This document shows positions 26,016-35,270 of a stretch of DNA of 64,000 nucleotides, piece after piece. Every line of letters starts with the position of its first letter. Position 1 is the first letter of the stretch. This stretch comes from Minisyncoccota bacterium. GTDB taxonomy: Bacteria; Patescibacteriota; Minisyncoccia; Phycocordibacterales; UBA9973. Below the pieces are notes generated by a model, which worked only from the letters and a program-made list of their open reading frames with translations, was not told the origin of the DNA and did no database searches. A program made the position numbers and the translations under genes. Where the stretch lies: positions 65,881 to 129,880 of the forward strand of contig JBAYHJ010000001.1 of NCBI GenBank assembly GCA_041666225.1, read 5' to 3'.

Positions 26016-27512
26016 ATGTCTAAAAAAATAATCATTTTTATAATAGCATTTATAACCACAGGAATAATAATTCTTGGGGTTTATTTCTGGATAAATAAAG
26101 ACAAAACCACAAATTTAGATGGAACTACTCCTTGGTATCAAGAGTTCAATCCTTTTGGAACTGGGAGTAATGCCACAAATAATACAGACAATAATAATGT
26201 GGGGGGAGACCAAAATGAAGTTCCAGATGGGGCAAATAATCAAACATCCAAATTCTATCAGATTACAGACTTTGCAATCGCTGGTGCTACCTTTTTAGAA
26301 GATACAAGACCAATTGTGGTTATACCGGGCCAAGAAGTTACCCAAAAGCCAGAACCAATTAAAACAATTATTAGTGCTGAAACAAAAGAAGGAAGAAAAG
26401 AAATCCAAATATTTTTGAATGAAACTCTTTCTTTAAAACCAGCCCTTGTGGTAGATGGAAATTTTGGCAAAAAAGTTACAAAGGCGATAAAAGATTTTCA
26501 AAAATTAAATAATTTACCAATCACAGGTATTGTTGATGCTGCAACTGCTCCATTTTTCATAAAAACAACTACAATTACGGACGTGGCAGAAAAAAACTTA
26601 TTTGAAACTGCTCCATCTGTCAGATATGTAGAGAGAATGAACGGACATATTTATAAAATGTTCCTAGATACAAAAATAAAAGAAAAAATTTCAAACTCAA
26701 CTATTCCTAGTATTTATGAAGCACTTTTTGATAAAACAGCAAAGACTGTGGTTTATAGATATTTATCAGAAGACAAAATAATAAGTAGTTTTATGGCAAC
26801 CTTAGGAGCAGTAAAGGGGGAGTTCCTTCCACAAAATATTTCTGGAATAACTACCTCGCCAGATAAAACTAAATTTTTCTATCTAACAGAAAACAGCAAT
26901 GGTGTCACGGGAACAGTGGGAGTTTTTGGGGGAGCAACGAGAGACAACGTATTTAGTTCTCCTTTTACAGAGTGGATACCACAATGGACAAAAAATCAAA
27001 ATATTTACCTAACAACAAAAGCTTCTTACAGTGTTTCTGGAAGTGTCTTTCTTTTAAACACAACAAACAAAACTATTTCAAAAATATTTGGTGGTGAACT
27101 GGGGCTCACTACATTAGTAAGTCCAAATGGGTCAAATGTTTTGTATAGTACATCCACAGAAACAGGCCCTAAGCTCGGTGTTTTTAATGCTACAAATCAC
27201 TCTACAAAAGATTTAAATACTTATGGACTACCTGAAAAATGTGTTTGGAGTAATGATGGTATTAGTGTTTACTGTGCTATTCCAAGTGTTATCACTGGCA
27301 ACCAATACCCTGATATTTGGTATCAAGGGCTAATTTCTTTTGATGATTATTTTGTAAAGATAGATACCAACAATGGTGAAAAAGTAACCATGGCAAATTC
27401 GGTCAATGAAAAACCATTAGATGGAACTTATCTATTTTTAGACAATAAAGAAGACAATCTTTTCTTTACAAACAAAAAAGATTCAACATTTTGGGGGTTG
27501 GACCTAAGATAA
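26016..27512 (+). CDS. Membrane-anchored protein with PG_binding_1 peptidoglycan-binding domain and beta-rich C-terminal domain
   Basis: N-terminal TM; VVDGNFGKKVTKAIKDFQKLNNLPITGIVDAATAPFF matches DGxFGxxTxxAVKxFQ...GL..DGIVG..T. Confidence 0.55.
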   Translation: MSKKIIIFIIAFITTGIIILGVYFWINKDKTTNLDGTTPWYQEFNPFGTGSNATNNTDNNNVGGDQNEVPDGANNQTSKFYQITDFAIAGATFLEDTRPIVVIPGQEVTQKPEPIKTIISAETKEGRKEIQIFLNETLSLKPALVVDGNFGKKVTKAIKDFQKLNNLPITGIVDAATAPFFIKTTTITDVAEKNLFETAPSVRYVERMNGHIYKMFLDTKIKEKISNSTIPSIYEALFDKTAKTVVYRYLSEDKIISSFMATLGAVKGEFLPQNISGITTSPDKTKFFYLTENSNGVTGTVGVFGGATRDNVFSSPFTEWIPQWTKNQNIYLTTKASYSVSGSVFLLNTTNKTISKIFGGELGLTTLVSPNGSNVLYSTSTETGPKLGVFNATNHSTKDLNTYGLPEKCVWSNDGISVYCAIPSVITGNQYPDIWYQGLISFDDYFVKIDTNNGEKVTMANSVNEKPLDGTYLFLDNKEDNLFFTNKKDSTFWGLDLR

Positions 27513-27545
27513 TTACCAATTAATAATTACCGATTAGTAATGAAT

Positions 27546-27580
27546 ACAAAAATGCACAAGCGAAGCTTGTGCATTTTTAA
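27546..27580. terminator. Bidirectional rho-independent terminator (aaaaaTGCACAAGCgaaGCTTGTGCAttttt) between convergent genes
   Basis: 9-bp stem, GAA loop, A-run and T-run; flanked by inverted AATTACCAATTAATAATTACC repeat variants. Confidence 0.7.
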
Positions 27581-27601
27581 TTAGTAATTTTTAATTGGTA
27601 A

Positions 27602-28069
27602 TTAGTCATTATTGACGTATTTAATCACAACTCTACGAGTTGGACCATACCCCTCTGATTCTGTTTTGATGTTTTTTGCTCCTTCTAAAAACATATGAAT
27701 AATACGTCTTTCATAAGAGGGCATCGGATCAATTTCAATATTACTTTTGAAATAACGAGCACGTTCTGCCATCATGTGGGCAATATTTTTTAAATTTTCA
27801 AAACGCTTTTTTTGATAACCATTTACATCAATAAAAATACTAGGACCTCTCTCTTCTTCTTTTATCGTTCCTTTCTCAACTATTCTTTGAACAATGTGAT
27901 TTAAAGAACGCAAGGTTTCACCCTCTCTTCCAATAATAAAATTAGAATCTGGTGTTTCTATAGAACACCAAAGTATTCCATTTTCATCCACAAATTCACA
28001 TTTGGTGAGTGTGCATGCTGTGTGTTTAAATATTTGCTCTATTGCTTCTTTTATTTTATCTTTATTCAT
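27602..28069 (-). CDS. jag: RNA-binding protein KhpB/Jag (KH + R3H domains)
   Basis: IGREGETLRSL is KH GxxG-like. MPSYERRIIHMFL is R3H-like. The gene sits downstream of yidC. Confidence 0.7.
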   Translation of the reverse strand: MNKDKIKEAIEQIFKHTACTLTKCEFVDENGILWCSIETPDSNFIIGREGETLRSLNHIVQRIVEKGTIKEEERGPSIFIDVNGYQKKRFENLKNIAHMMAERARYFKSNIEIDPMPSYERRIIHMFLEGAKNIKTESEGYGPTRRVVIKYVNND

Positions 28070-28075
28070 ATTTTT

Positions 28076-28849
28076 TTAAATTAAATTGCGTGACAACTGT
28101 CGACGAATATACCATTCTTGGACAATAGTAAATATATTACTCACAATCCAATACAATGCAACTGCAGCTGAAATCTTCCACGCAATAAAACCAATAAATA
28201 CAGGTAGAATATATCTTACGTTTAACTGCATACTGTCAGATAATTGTTCTTGAAATGTTTTTGGTTCATCTTTATTTCCAATTTCTTTAACAATTTCAAC
28301 ATTTTTTGATTTAACAGGCATAGATAAATACCCTTGAATAAATTGTGTAACACCAGCCAAAACACCCAAGGATATACTTTTACTACCTAGCTCAATTAGA
28401 TTCAAGAAATTTGTATTTATAGCGACTGGAGTTTGGATAAAAGAATATATAAGATTTGCATCGATAGCAAAGGTTTTATAAAAAACATAATACAAAGCAA
28501 AGATAACAGGAAGTTGGAGTAAAACAACTAAACACCCAGAGAAAGGATTGGTTCCATATTTTTTATAAAGTTCAAATGTTTTTTTTGCTTGCTCTTCTTT
28601 ATTGGGAAAATCTTTTTTTATTTGTTTTAATTCTGGCTCCATCCTCTTCATCAAAATCTGGCTTTTTATAGACTTACGGGTAAGAGGGGAAAGGACTAAT
28701 TTAACAACGATTGTTACTAAAATAATAGCAAAACCAACATCACCAAAAGTAATGTTGTTTATTATAAAAATTAAAATATTATATATTGGTTGATAAAATA
28801 CAGTATTCCATAAAGCATTCATTGGTCTATTGTATCCTAAAAATATCAA
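28076..28849 (-). CDS. yidC: Membrane protein insertase YidC (short form)
   Basis: Five hydrophobic helices, KRMEPELKQIKKDF, and the conserved rpmH-rnpA-yidD-yidC-jag order. Confidence 0.8.
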   Translation of the reverse strand: MIFLGYNRPMNALWNTVFYQPIYNILIFIINNITFGDVGFAIILVTIVVKLVLSPLTRKSIKSQILMKRMEPELKQIKKDFPNKEEQAKKTFELYKKYGTNPFSGCLVVLLQLPVIFALYYVFYKTFAIDANLIYSFIQTPVAINTNFLNLIELGSKSISLGVLAGVTQFIQGYLSMPVKSKNVEIVKEIGNKDEPKTFQEQLSDSMQLNVRYILPVFIGFIAWKISAAVALYWIVSNIFTIVQEWYIRRQLSRNLI

Positions 28850-28885
28850 TTCTCAAAATTGTTGGAAGTCGGACTTCCAACAATT

Positions 28886-29092
28886 TTAAATTAATGGATC
28901 GTAGTGGTTTTTTTGCCAAGGATGACAACGTAAAATCCGCAAAAATCCCTTTAAAATACCCCTAATTATACCATATTTTAAAACAGCTTGTTTGGTGTAC
29001 TCTGAACATGTAGGCAAAAAAACACAAGAAAAATGTGCTTTAGATGGTGTTTTTTGGTAAAAATCTATTAAAAAAACAATCATTTTTTTCAT
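28886..29092 (-). CDS. yidD: Membrane protein insertion efficiency factor YidD
   Basis: PTCSEYTKQAV...RILRCHPWQKNHYDP. Confidence 0.8.
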   Translation of the reverse strand: MKKMIVFLIDFYQKTPSKAHFSCVFLPTCSEYTKQAVLKYGIIRGILKGFLRILRCHPWQKNHYDPLI

Positions 29093-29103
29093 TTTAGTTT
29101 ATT

Positions 29104-29424
29104 TTAAAGAAAACCTGTTTTTTTAAGGATAAAAATAATATCCTCTTTAATTTCTACTTGAGTTGAAGAAATAGATTGTTTTTTATACATAAAAATACCA
29201 GACCCTGATTTTAAAGAAAGAAAACGAATTATATTGTAACCAATTCTTCTTTGTTTATTCCTTTTAACTGCCGTTTTATATACGTTTTTAGGAGCAACAA
29301 ATACATATTGTGGGTACGGAGTGTTTTTATAATAAAACAAAAAAAGTCGGGAAGAAAAGGTTTTTCCTCCTTTCATTAAAGTTTGGAAAATTTCTTTTGT
29401 AATCCGCTTTTTCTTTGGAAGCAT
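29104..29424 (-). CDS. rnpA: Ribonuclease P protein component RnpA
   Basis: LPKKKRITKEIFQTLMKGGKTFSSRLFLFYY, in position between rpmH and yidD. Confidence 0.75.
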   Translation of the reverse strand: MLPKKKRITKEIFQTLMKGGKTFSSRLFLFYYKNTPYPQYVFVAPKNVYKTAVKRNKQRRIGYNIIRFLSLKSGSGIFMYKKQSISSTQVEIKEDIIFILKKTGFL

Positions 29425-29425
29425 A

Positions 29426-29566
29426 TTATTTCTTTATAGATACATTGGCACGGCCCTTTTGACGGCGAGCCTTGTTTACTTTTCTACCATTTTGTGTTTT
29501 GGTTCTAACAAGAAAGCCGTGAGTTTTGGCTCTTTTTCTTTTATTTGGTTGATATGTTTGAGACAT
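29426..29566 (-). CDS. rpmH: 50S ribosomal protein L34
   Basis: [39 protein letters not shown]. The internal Met was chosen as the start. Confidence 0.85.
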   Translation of the reverse strand: MSQTYQPNKRKRAKTHGFLVRTKTQNGRKVNKARRQKGRANVSIKK

Positions 29567-29692
29567 AGTGAAAATATATACTATATTTGACAAAAATGCA
29601 ACGGGGGTTTTAAAACATATCCACACGATATTAACATGTTAATTAAGATATTTAATTGTGGGGGAAACTCAAAACAATGTATAATGTGCACT

Positions 29693-31057
29693 ATGAATAC
29701 AAAAGAACTCTGGAATAAATGCTTATCGGAAATTGAAATAAATATCTCAAAAGCGAATTTTACTACTTGGTTTAAAAATACGTCTATAATCAAAGAAGAT
29801 GGAGGGGTTATTGTTGTCGGTGTACCAAATGAATTTGTAAAAGATTGGCTTTACAATAAATTCCACAAACTTATACTAAAAACTTTAATTGGAAACGAGG
29901 AGAGTATCCGCGGTGTTGAATACATCATACACAAACAAGAATCTCACCATGAACAAGATCCTCAAACTGGTGACAAAAACCCCATAAAAACACCCCTAAC
30001 TACAAACAAAGAACTTCCTCTTAGTGATTTATATATAAACAAAGATGATAATTTAAACCCAAAATATAATTTTAATTCTTTTATTGTTGGTCCATTCAAT
30101 GAGCTTGCTTATGCTGTGGCTCAAGCAATCATCACAAATCCTGGACAAAACTACAATCCATTTTTTATTTACGGGGGAACTGGTTTGGGTAAAACCCATA
30201 TGATCCAAGCAATAGGAAATACGATAAAAATAAAACATCCATCAAAAAAGGTGTACTATGTTAGTTTAGAAAGGTTTACAATCGACTACATAAATTCAAT
30301 TCAAAACAAAAATCCTAATTCTTTTAAGGAAAAATATAGGAAATATGATGTGATAATAATGGATGATATACAATTCATCTCAGGAAAAGACAAAACCCAA
30401 GAAGAACTTTTCCATCTTTTTAATACTCTATATGAGAGTAATAAGCAAATAATTTTTTCATCCGATAAACACCCAAACTTTATTCAAGGATTAGAAGATA
30501 GGTTGCAGTCTAGGTTTGCTTCTGGTATGACAGTACAAATAGTTGAACCAGATTATGAATCTCGTGTTGCCATCATAAAAGCCAAGTTTGAATCTACAAA
30601 TTGTATCATTGAACCAGAGGTAATTTCTTATCTTGCTGAATCTCTGGAGGGGAATATACGTGAATTAGAGGGAAGTTTAAACACTGTTGTATGCCAAACT
30701 CAACTAAAAAACAGACCCTTAAATTTAGCTGAAATAAAAACTCTGATAAAAAACAATATCCGCCCTAAAAAAACTGTTGCAATTAAAGACATTGTAAAAA
30801 TCGTGGCTGATCAGTATGGTCTTGCTGAGGAAGTAATTTATGAAAAAACAAGAAGAAAAGAAATCGTGAGAGCAAGGCAAGTAGCAATGTATTTACTCCG
30901 TGAAGATTTTAATATCTCGTATCCTTTAATTGGGCAAAAACTAGGAGATAGAGACCACACAACAGTAATTCACTCTCATTTAAAAATAAAAGCTGATTTA
31001 AAAACTGATCCCTCATTATTACAAGAAATCGAAAAGATAAGAATTATGTTCAAATAA
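29693..31057 (+). CDS. dnaA: Chromosomal replication initiator DnaA
   Basis: AAA+ motifs (FIYGGTGLGKTHM, IIMDDIQF) and a C-terminal DNA-binding HTH. TGTATAAT lies 8 nt upstream of the ATG. Confidence 0.9.
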   Translation: MNTKELWNKCLSEIEINISKANFTTWFKNTSIIKEDGGVIVVGVPNEFVKDWLYNKFHKLILKTLIGNEESIRGVEYIIHKQESHHEQDPQTGDKNPIKTPLTTNKELPLSDLYINKDDNLNPKYNFNSFIVGPFNELAYAVAQAIITNPGQNYNPFFIYGGTGLGKTHMIQAIGNTIKIKHPSKKVYYVSLERFTIDYINSIQNKNPNSFKEKYRKYDVIIMDDIQFISGKDKTQEELFHLFNTLYESNKQIIFSSDKHPNFIQGLEDRLQSRFASGMTVQIVEPDYESRVAIIKAKFESTNCIIEPEVISYLAESLEGNIRELEGSLNTVVCQTQLKNRPLNLAEIKTLIKNNIRPKKTVAIKDIVKIVADQYGLAEEVIYEKTRRKEIVRARQVAMYLLREDFNISYPLIGQKLGDRDHTTVIHSHLKIKADLKTDPSLLQEIEKIRIMFK

Positions 31058-31290
31058 AAAATGATAAGTATGTGGAAAAGATGTGTTTATAAAAATAATA
31101 AATGTGTAAAAAATAGTTATTATTAAAAAAGTAAAAAATAATTAACAAGTTAAATAAAATTCAAAAATAAAAATTATAAAAATATACTTTGTTTGATTGG
31201 TCTAAAAAGTAATCCACATATTCACAGGTTTAATAATAGTAGTAAGTATTAATATATAAATTATAAACAATTAAGAAAACAATTAACTAT
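31058..31290. other. Candidate oriC segment (dnaA-dnaN spacer): AT-rich DUE plus DnaA-box-like 9-mers
   Basis: TAATCCACA and TTTTCCACA (as tgtggaaaa); more than 80% A+T across ~120 nt. A further ATATCCACA lies upstream of dnaA at ~29612. Confidence 0.5.
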
Positions 31291-32388
31291 ATGAAAATAG
31301 AATGCTCAATTGATAAAATTAAAAAAGCACTTACTTCAGTAGAAAGAATTACAGGAAAAAATTTAACCCTTCCTGTCCTTAGTTCTGTTTTATGGGTTGC
31401 AACAGGTAAAACTTTAAAATTAAGGGCTACAAATTTAAATATTGGTATAGAAATAGAAATTCCAGCTAAAATAGAAAAAGAAGGGGTTGTTGCTGTTCGG
31501 GGTGATATTTTATCATCACTTTTTTCTATTTTACAAGGAGATTTATTTGTTAAATTTGAACTAATAAATGGTAATTTATTAGTTAAAACAAATACTAGTA
31601 CTATCTTATTGAAAAGTATTTCTCATGAAGATTTTCCCACGATTCCAATTGTGGAAGGGGAAAGCCTTTTGATTCCAAGTAAAAAATTTATAGATGGAAT
31701 AAAGTCTGTTTATTACAGTGCATCCGTTTCAGAAATAAAACCAGAAATTGGGAGTGTTTATATCTACCCAGAGGATGATATGTTGGTTTTTGTTTCAACA
31801 GATTCTTTTCGATTAGCTGAAAAGAAGGTAAAAATAAAACAAAAGCTTTCTTTTGGGGGGATATTGATCCCATTTAAAAATGTTACAGAGATAATTAAAG
31901 TTTTCGACGGTCTTGAAGATGATTTAAAAATAACACTTCAAAAAAATCAAATATCTTTTTCCTCTTCAAATATATATTTAACTTCTCGTGTTGTTGATGG
32001 AAGTTTTCCTGATTATAAACAAATTATTCCCCAAAACCCCACAACGAAATCTGTGGTTCTAAAACAAGACTTTATTTCATCTTTAAAAATTTCAAATATT
32101 TTTTCTGATAAATTTAATCAAATTATTTTAACAGTTAAACCAGATGAAAAAATATTTGAAATAGAATCAAAAAACACAGATATAGGTGAGAATACCACGC
32201 TTATTTCTGGGGCTCTTTCAGGAGATAGTGTTTCTGCTAATTTTAATTATAAATACATTCTTGATTGTTTCCAATCAATAGGAGGAGATAGTTTGAGTAT
32301 TGAACTATCTGGAAATAATAAACCAATGATAATTAAAGGGATAGGGGACCCGTCTTTTATGTATTTAGTTATGCCAATGAATAGGTAA
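31291..32388 (+). CDS. dnaN: DNA polymerase III beta sliding clamp
   Basis: 365 aa with three-domain clamp architecture, adjacent to dnaA. Confidence 0.85.
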   Translation: MKIECSIDKIKKALTSVERITGKNLTLPVLSSVLWVATGKTLKLRATNLNIGIEIEIPAKIEKEGVVAVRGDILSSLFSILQGDLFVKFELINGNLLVKTNTSTILLKSISHEDFPTIPIVEGESLLIPSKKFIDGIKSVYYSASVSEIKPEIGSVYIYPEDDMLVFVSTDSFRLAEKKVKIKQKLSFGGILIPFKNVTEIIKVFDGLEDDLKITLQKNQISFSSSNIYLTSRVVDGSFPDYKQIIPQNPTTKSVVLKQDFISSLKISNIFSDKFNQIILTVKPDEKIFEIESKNTDIGENTTLISGALSGDSVSANFNYKYILDCFQSIGGDSLSIELSGNNKPMIIKGIGDPSFMYLVMPMNR

Positions 32389-32431
32389 TAATAATTAAGA
32401 ATTAATAATTACGAATTAATAATTATAATTC
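32386..32431. repeat. AT-rich dispersed repeat copy (TAATAATAATTAAGAATTAATAATTACGAATTAATAATTA)
   Basis: Same units as 16530 and 62626. Confidence 0.65.
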
Positions 32432-32440
32432 AAAAAACAG

Positions 32441-32704
32441 ATGGATTATAATCATATAACAAAATTTCTTGATAAGTTTAAAAAAATACTTTTTCAAAAA
32501 GAGGAAATTAAAGAAATTGTTTTAAAAATAATCTCTTTAGAAATTTCTCATGAAATAAAAAAAGAATCTCTCAAAATTAAAAATGGTTGCATTTTTATAC
32601 AAGGGTCTCCAGTGCTTCGTGGTGAAATTTTAATACACAAAAAACAAATTTTAGTAAAACTAAAAACGGCACTACCCGAGAATACTTTTATTGATATTAG
32701 ATAG
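32441..32704 (+). CDS. Hypothetical small protein
   Basis: 87-aa ORF downstream of dnaN. Confidence 0.35.
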   Translation: MDYNHITKFLDKFKKILFQKEEIKEIVLKIISLEISHEIKKESLKIKNGCIFIQGSPVLRGEILIHKKQILVKLKTALPENTFIDIR

Positions 32705-32708
32705 TTTA

Positions 32709-35219
32709 TTAGATACCGACTACTTTTAGCTCAATAGTTTTTTCTCCAGTATTACCCAAAGAATCAACACCCATAACTTTAATTGTATTTAAGTTTGAAA
32801 TATCCCCAATACTATTTGGGGCAAAAGAAGTGGAAAAAGGATAAGTTTTTAAAGATGTTAGATATGTATTATTTACAAAAACATCTATTTTTGAAATTGG
32901 ATTTATGCTTGTTGATGTAATATTTATTGAAACATTTTCATTTTTACCATAAGATTTATCTTCTATTCCATTTATTTCAAAAACAGGTTTTGATTTTTGG
33001 GTGTGTATCGTATCATAAAAAGATGGTTTATTTGACTCTGTTATTGTGGGGTAATTATTTTTATTTACGGACCACCATTTTTGTATTCCATATTCCCAAT
33101 TATTATATTGTGAATCGTCGCTATGGCCTGGTATTTTTGTTTCAAGGGGATTATTTTTATTTATCCAATACAGAATTGAATGAACATTTGTAATCGAAGT
33201 TTCCTTTTTTAATTCCTCGGGTGTATTTTCTGTGGCCAATCCACCCGATACGGAATCAATTGTAAAAGTATTACCCCCCTGCCAAAAACCTCTTAGAATA
33301 GCTGGAATTCCACTGTCTATTGCTTCGGGTTTAATAAAAGTTTCAGTGGGCAATTTTTTAAGTGCCTCAGTCATAACTGCGTTCCAGATGGGTCCAGCAA
33401 GGGCTGCACCACCTTTTTTCATTGGTTTATTATCATTGTTACCAACCCACACTCCAACAGCAACAGAAGGCGTATAACCAATCGTCCAAGCATCTTTGTT
33501 GTTGTTTGTGGTACCAGTTTTAACTGCGACCTCTCTCCCTGGTATTTTTAAAATAGAATTTGCTCCAAAGGTTGGAGTTCTGTCTCCATCGTCTGACAAA
33601 ATACTTGAAAGTATGTGTGTTGTGTTTGGTGTGATTGTTTGTTGAGGTTTATCTTCATACTTTTCAAGAACAGTACCACTACTTTCTTCAACAGAAAGAA
33701 TTCCAGTGTAAGGATTTCGTACCCCATCATTAGCAAAAACACCATAAACAGAAGTCATATCGAGAAGGGTTGTCTCGCCTCCACCGATTACAAGAGATAA
33801 TCCATAAATATTGGGATCATTTTTTAGTGTAGTAACTCCAAGGTTGTGAGCCATTTTAATGGAGTCAGAAACACCAACTAAATATAAAAGTTTTACCGCG
33901 ATAATGTTTATAGATTGAGCAAGGCCTTCACGTAGCGTCAATGGGCCACGAAAAGCATTGTCGTAATTGTCTGGAGTATAACATTTAGTTTCTGTGTCTG
34001 TACCTGCTGGGTTACAAGATGAATTGAATTCTGTTTTAACATCAAATAAGGTTGTCTTTTCTGTGTAACCTTTTTCAAATGCGAGGGCATAAACTATTGG
34101 CTTAAAAGAAGACCCCGGTTGTCTTGCAGCTGTTGCAACATTGAAATTTCCATCTATTTCCTTGTTGAAATAATCACGAGAACCAACCATTGATAAAATT
34201 TGACCAGTTTTAGGATCTATCACAACAATAGCAGTATTTTTTCCATCCCAACTTTTTTCATTTTCTTTTGCTTTAATAAGGGCTATTTCTTCTGCTTTTT
34301 TTTGAAGTTCATAGTCCAGGGTTGTAATTATTTTTAAACCTCCAGCTTCTAGTGTTCCAGTTCCATAACGACTCTCCAAATAGTCTTTAATGAAAAAGAC
34401 AAAATGTGGAGCCGCAATATGAAGAGGTTGTTCTGGTAAAAATGTAACCAATTCTATTTTTGCTTTATTGTATTCATCTTCATTAATAAATTTTAAATCA
34501 AGCATTCTTTTCAATACTAAATTTTTACGTTCATCCAACTTATCTTTATTTTTTCGATAAGGAGAATAATAAGTCGGACCATTTGGTATTGCAGCCAAGT
34601 AAGCAGATTCGGCCATAGTTAAATTTTTTGGTTCTTTACCAAAAAATGCTTTAGAAGCTTCTTCTATTCCATAAATATTTCCACCATATGGAGCCTCATT
34701 TAGATAAAGAGCCAAAATATCATCTTTACTCATAATTTTTTCAAGCTTAACAGATAGTATCCACTCTTTAATTTTACGAGAAATGGAAACCTCAGAAGTA
34801 AGAAGGGTGTTCTTTATTAATTGTTGAGTAATAGTTGAGCCACCTTGAATTTTTCGCCCTGTTAGTTTAGCCCAAATTGTTGCACGGATTATAGAGGTGA
34901 TACGAATTCCTTTATGTTGATAAAATTCTGAATCTTCAATTGCCACTGTTGCATTTAAAATATTTGTTCCCATTTCCTCATATGGAATTATGGTTCTTTT
35001 TATATTTGCATGAACGTCATAAAGAAGAATTGTCCCAGTTCGGTCGTATATTTTTGTTGAACTTTGGATTTTACGTTCATTAAATGATTTGAAGTCTGGA
35101 AGCTTTAAAGTACTAACCCAAATCATCAAAATACCAGTAAAAAGAAGCCCAGCTCCAAGTACTATTAAAACTGTGTTTTTAAAAGGAAATTTTTTAAAAT
35201 GTTTTACTCTATTTTTCAT
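32709..35219 (-). CDS. Class A penicillin-binding protein (PBP1A-type, transglycosylase + transpeptidase)
   Basis: GT51 motifs EDSEFYQHKGI and ITQQLIKN, SSFKP (SxxK), and an N-terminal TM. The second ATG was chosen because TATAAT overlaps the first. Confidence 0.85.
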   Translation of the reverse strand: MKNRVKHFKKFPFKNTVLIVLGAGLLFTGILMIWVSTLKLPDFKSFNERKIQSSTKIYDRTGTILLYDVHANIKRTIIPYEEMGTNILNATVAIEDSEFYQHKGIRITSIIRATIWAKLTGRKIQGGSTITQQLIKNTLLTSEVSISRKIKEWILSVKLEKIMSKDDILALYLNEAPYGGNIYGIEEASKAFFGKEPKNLTMAESAYLAAIPNGPTYYSPYRKNKDKLDERKNLVLKRMLDLKFINEDEYNKAKIELVTFLPEQPLHIAAPHFVFFIKDYLESRYGTGTLEAGGLKIITTLDYELQKKAEEIALIKAKENEKSWDGKNTAIVVIDPKTGQILSMVGSRDYFNKEIDGNFNVATAARQPGSSFKPIVYALAFEKGYTEKTTLFDVKTEFNSSCNPAGTDTETKCYTPDNYDNAFRGPLTLREGLAQSINIIAVKLLYLVGVSDSIKMAHNLGVTTLKNDPNIYGLSLVIGGGETTLLDMTSVYGVFANDGVRNPYTGILSVEESSGTVLEKYEDKPQQTITPNTTHILSSILSDDGDRTPTFGANSILKIPGREVAVKTGTTNNNKDAWTIGYTPSVAVGVWVGNNDNKPMKKGGAALAGPIWNAVMTEALKKLPTETFIKPEAIDSGIPAILRGFWQGGNTFTIDSVSGGLATENTPEELKKETSITNVHSILYWINKNNPLETKIPGHSDDSQYNNWEYGIQKWWSVNKNNYPTITESNKPSFYDTIHTQKSKPVFEINGIEDKSYGKNENVSINITSTSINPISKIDVFVNNTYLTSLKTYPFSTSFAPNSIGDISNLNTIKVMGVDSLGNTGEKTIELKVVGI

Positions 35220-35270
35220 ATATCTATAATAACACATTATATTCTTAAAATAATGTAAATATGTTAAAAT

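Noticed and set aside
29636-29692. Upstream ATG ([10 protein letters not shown]...) as the dnaA start
   Set aside because: The 19-aa extension is Cys-rich and non-conserved. The TGTATAAT -10 lies inside it at 29677-29684. ATG 29693 gives a canonical DnaA N-terminus.
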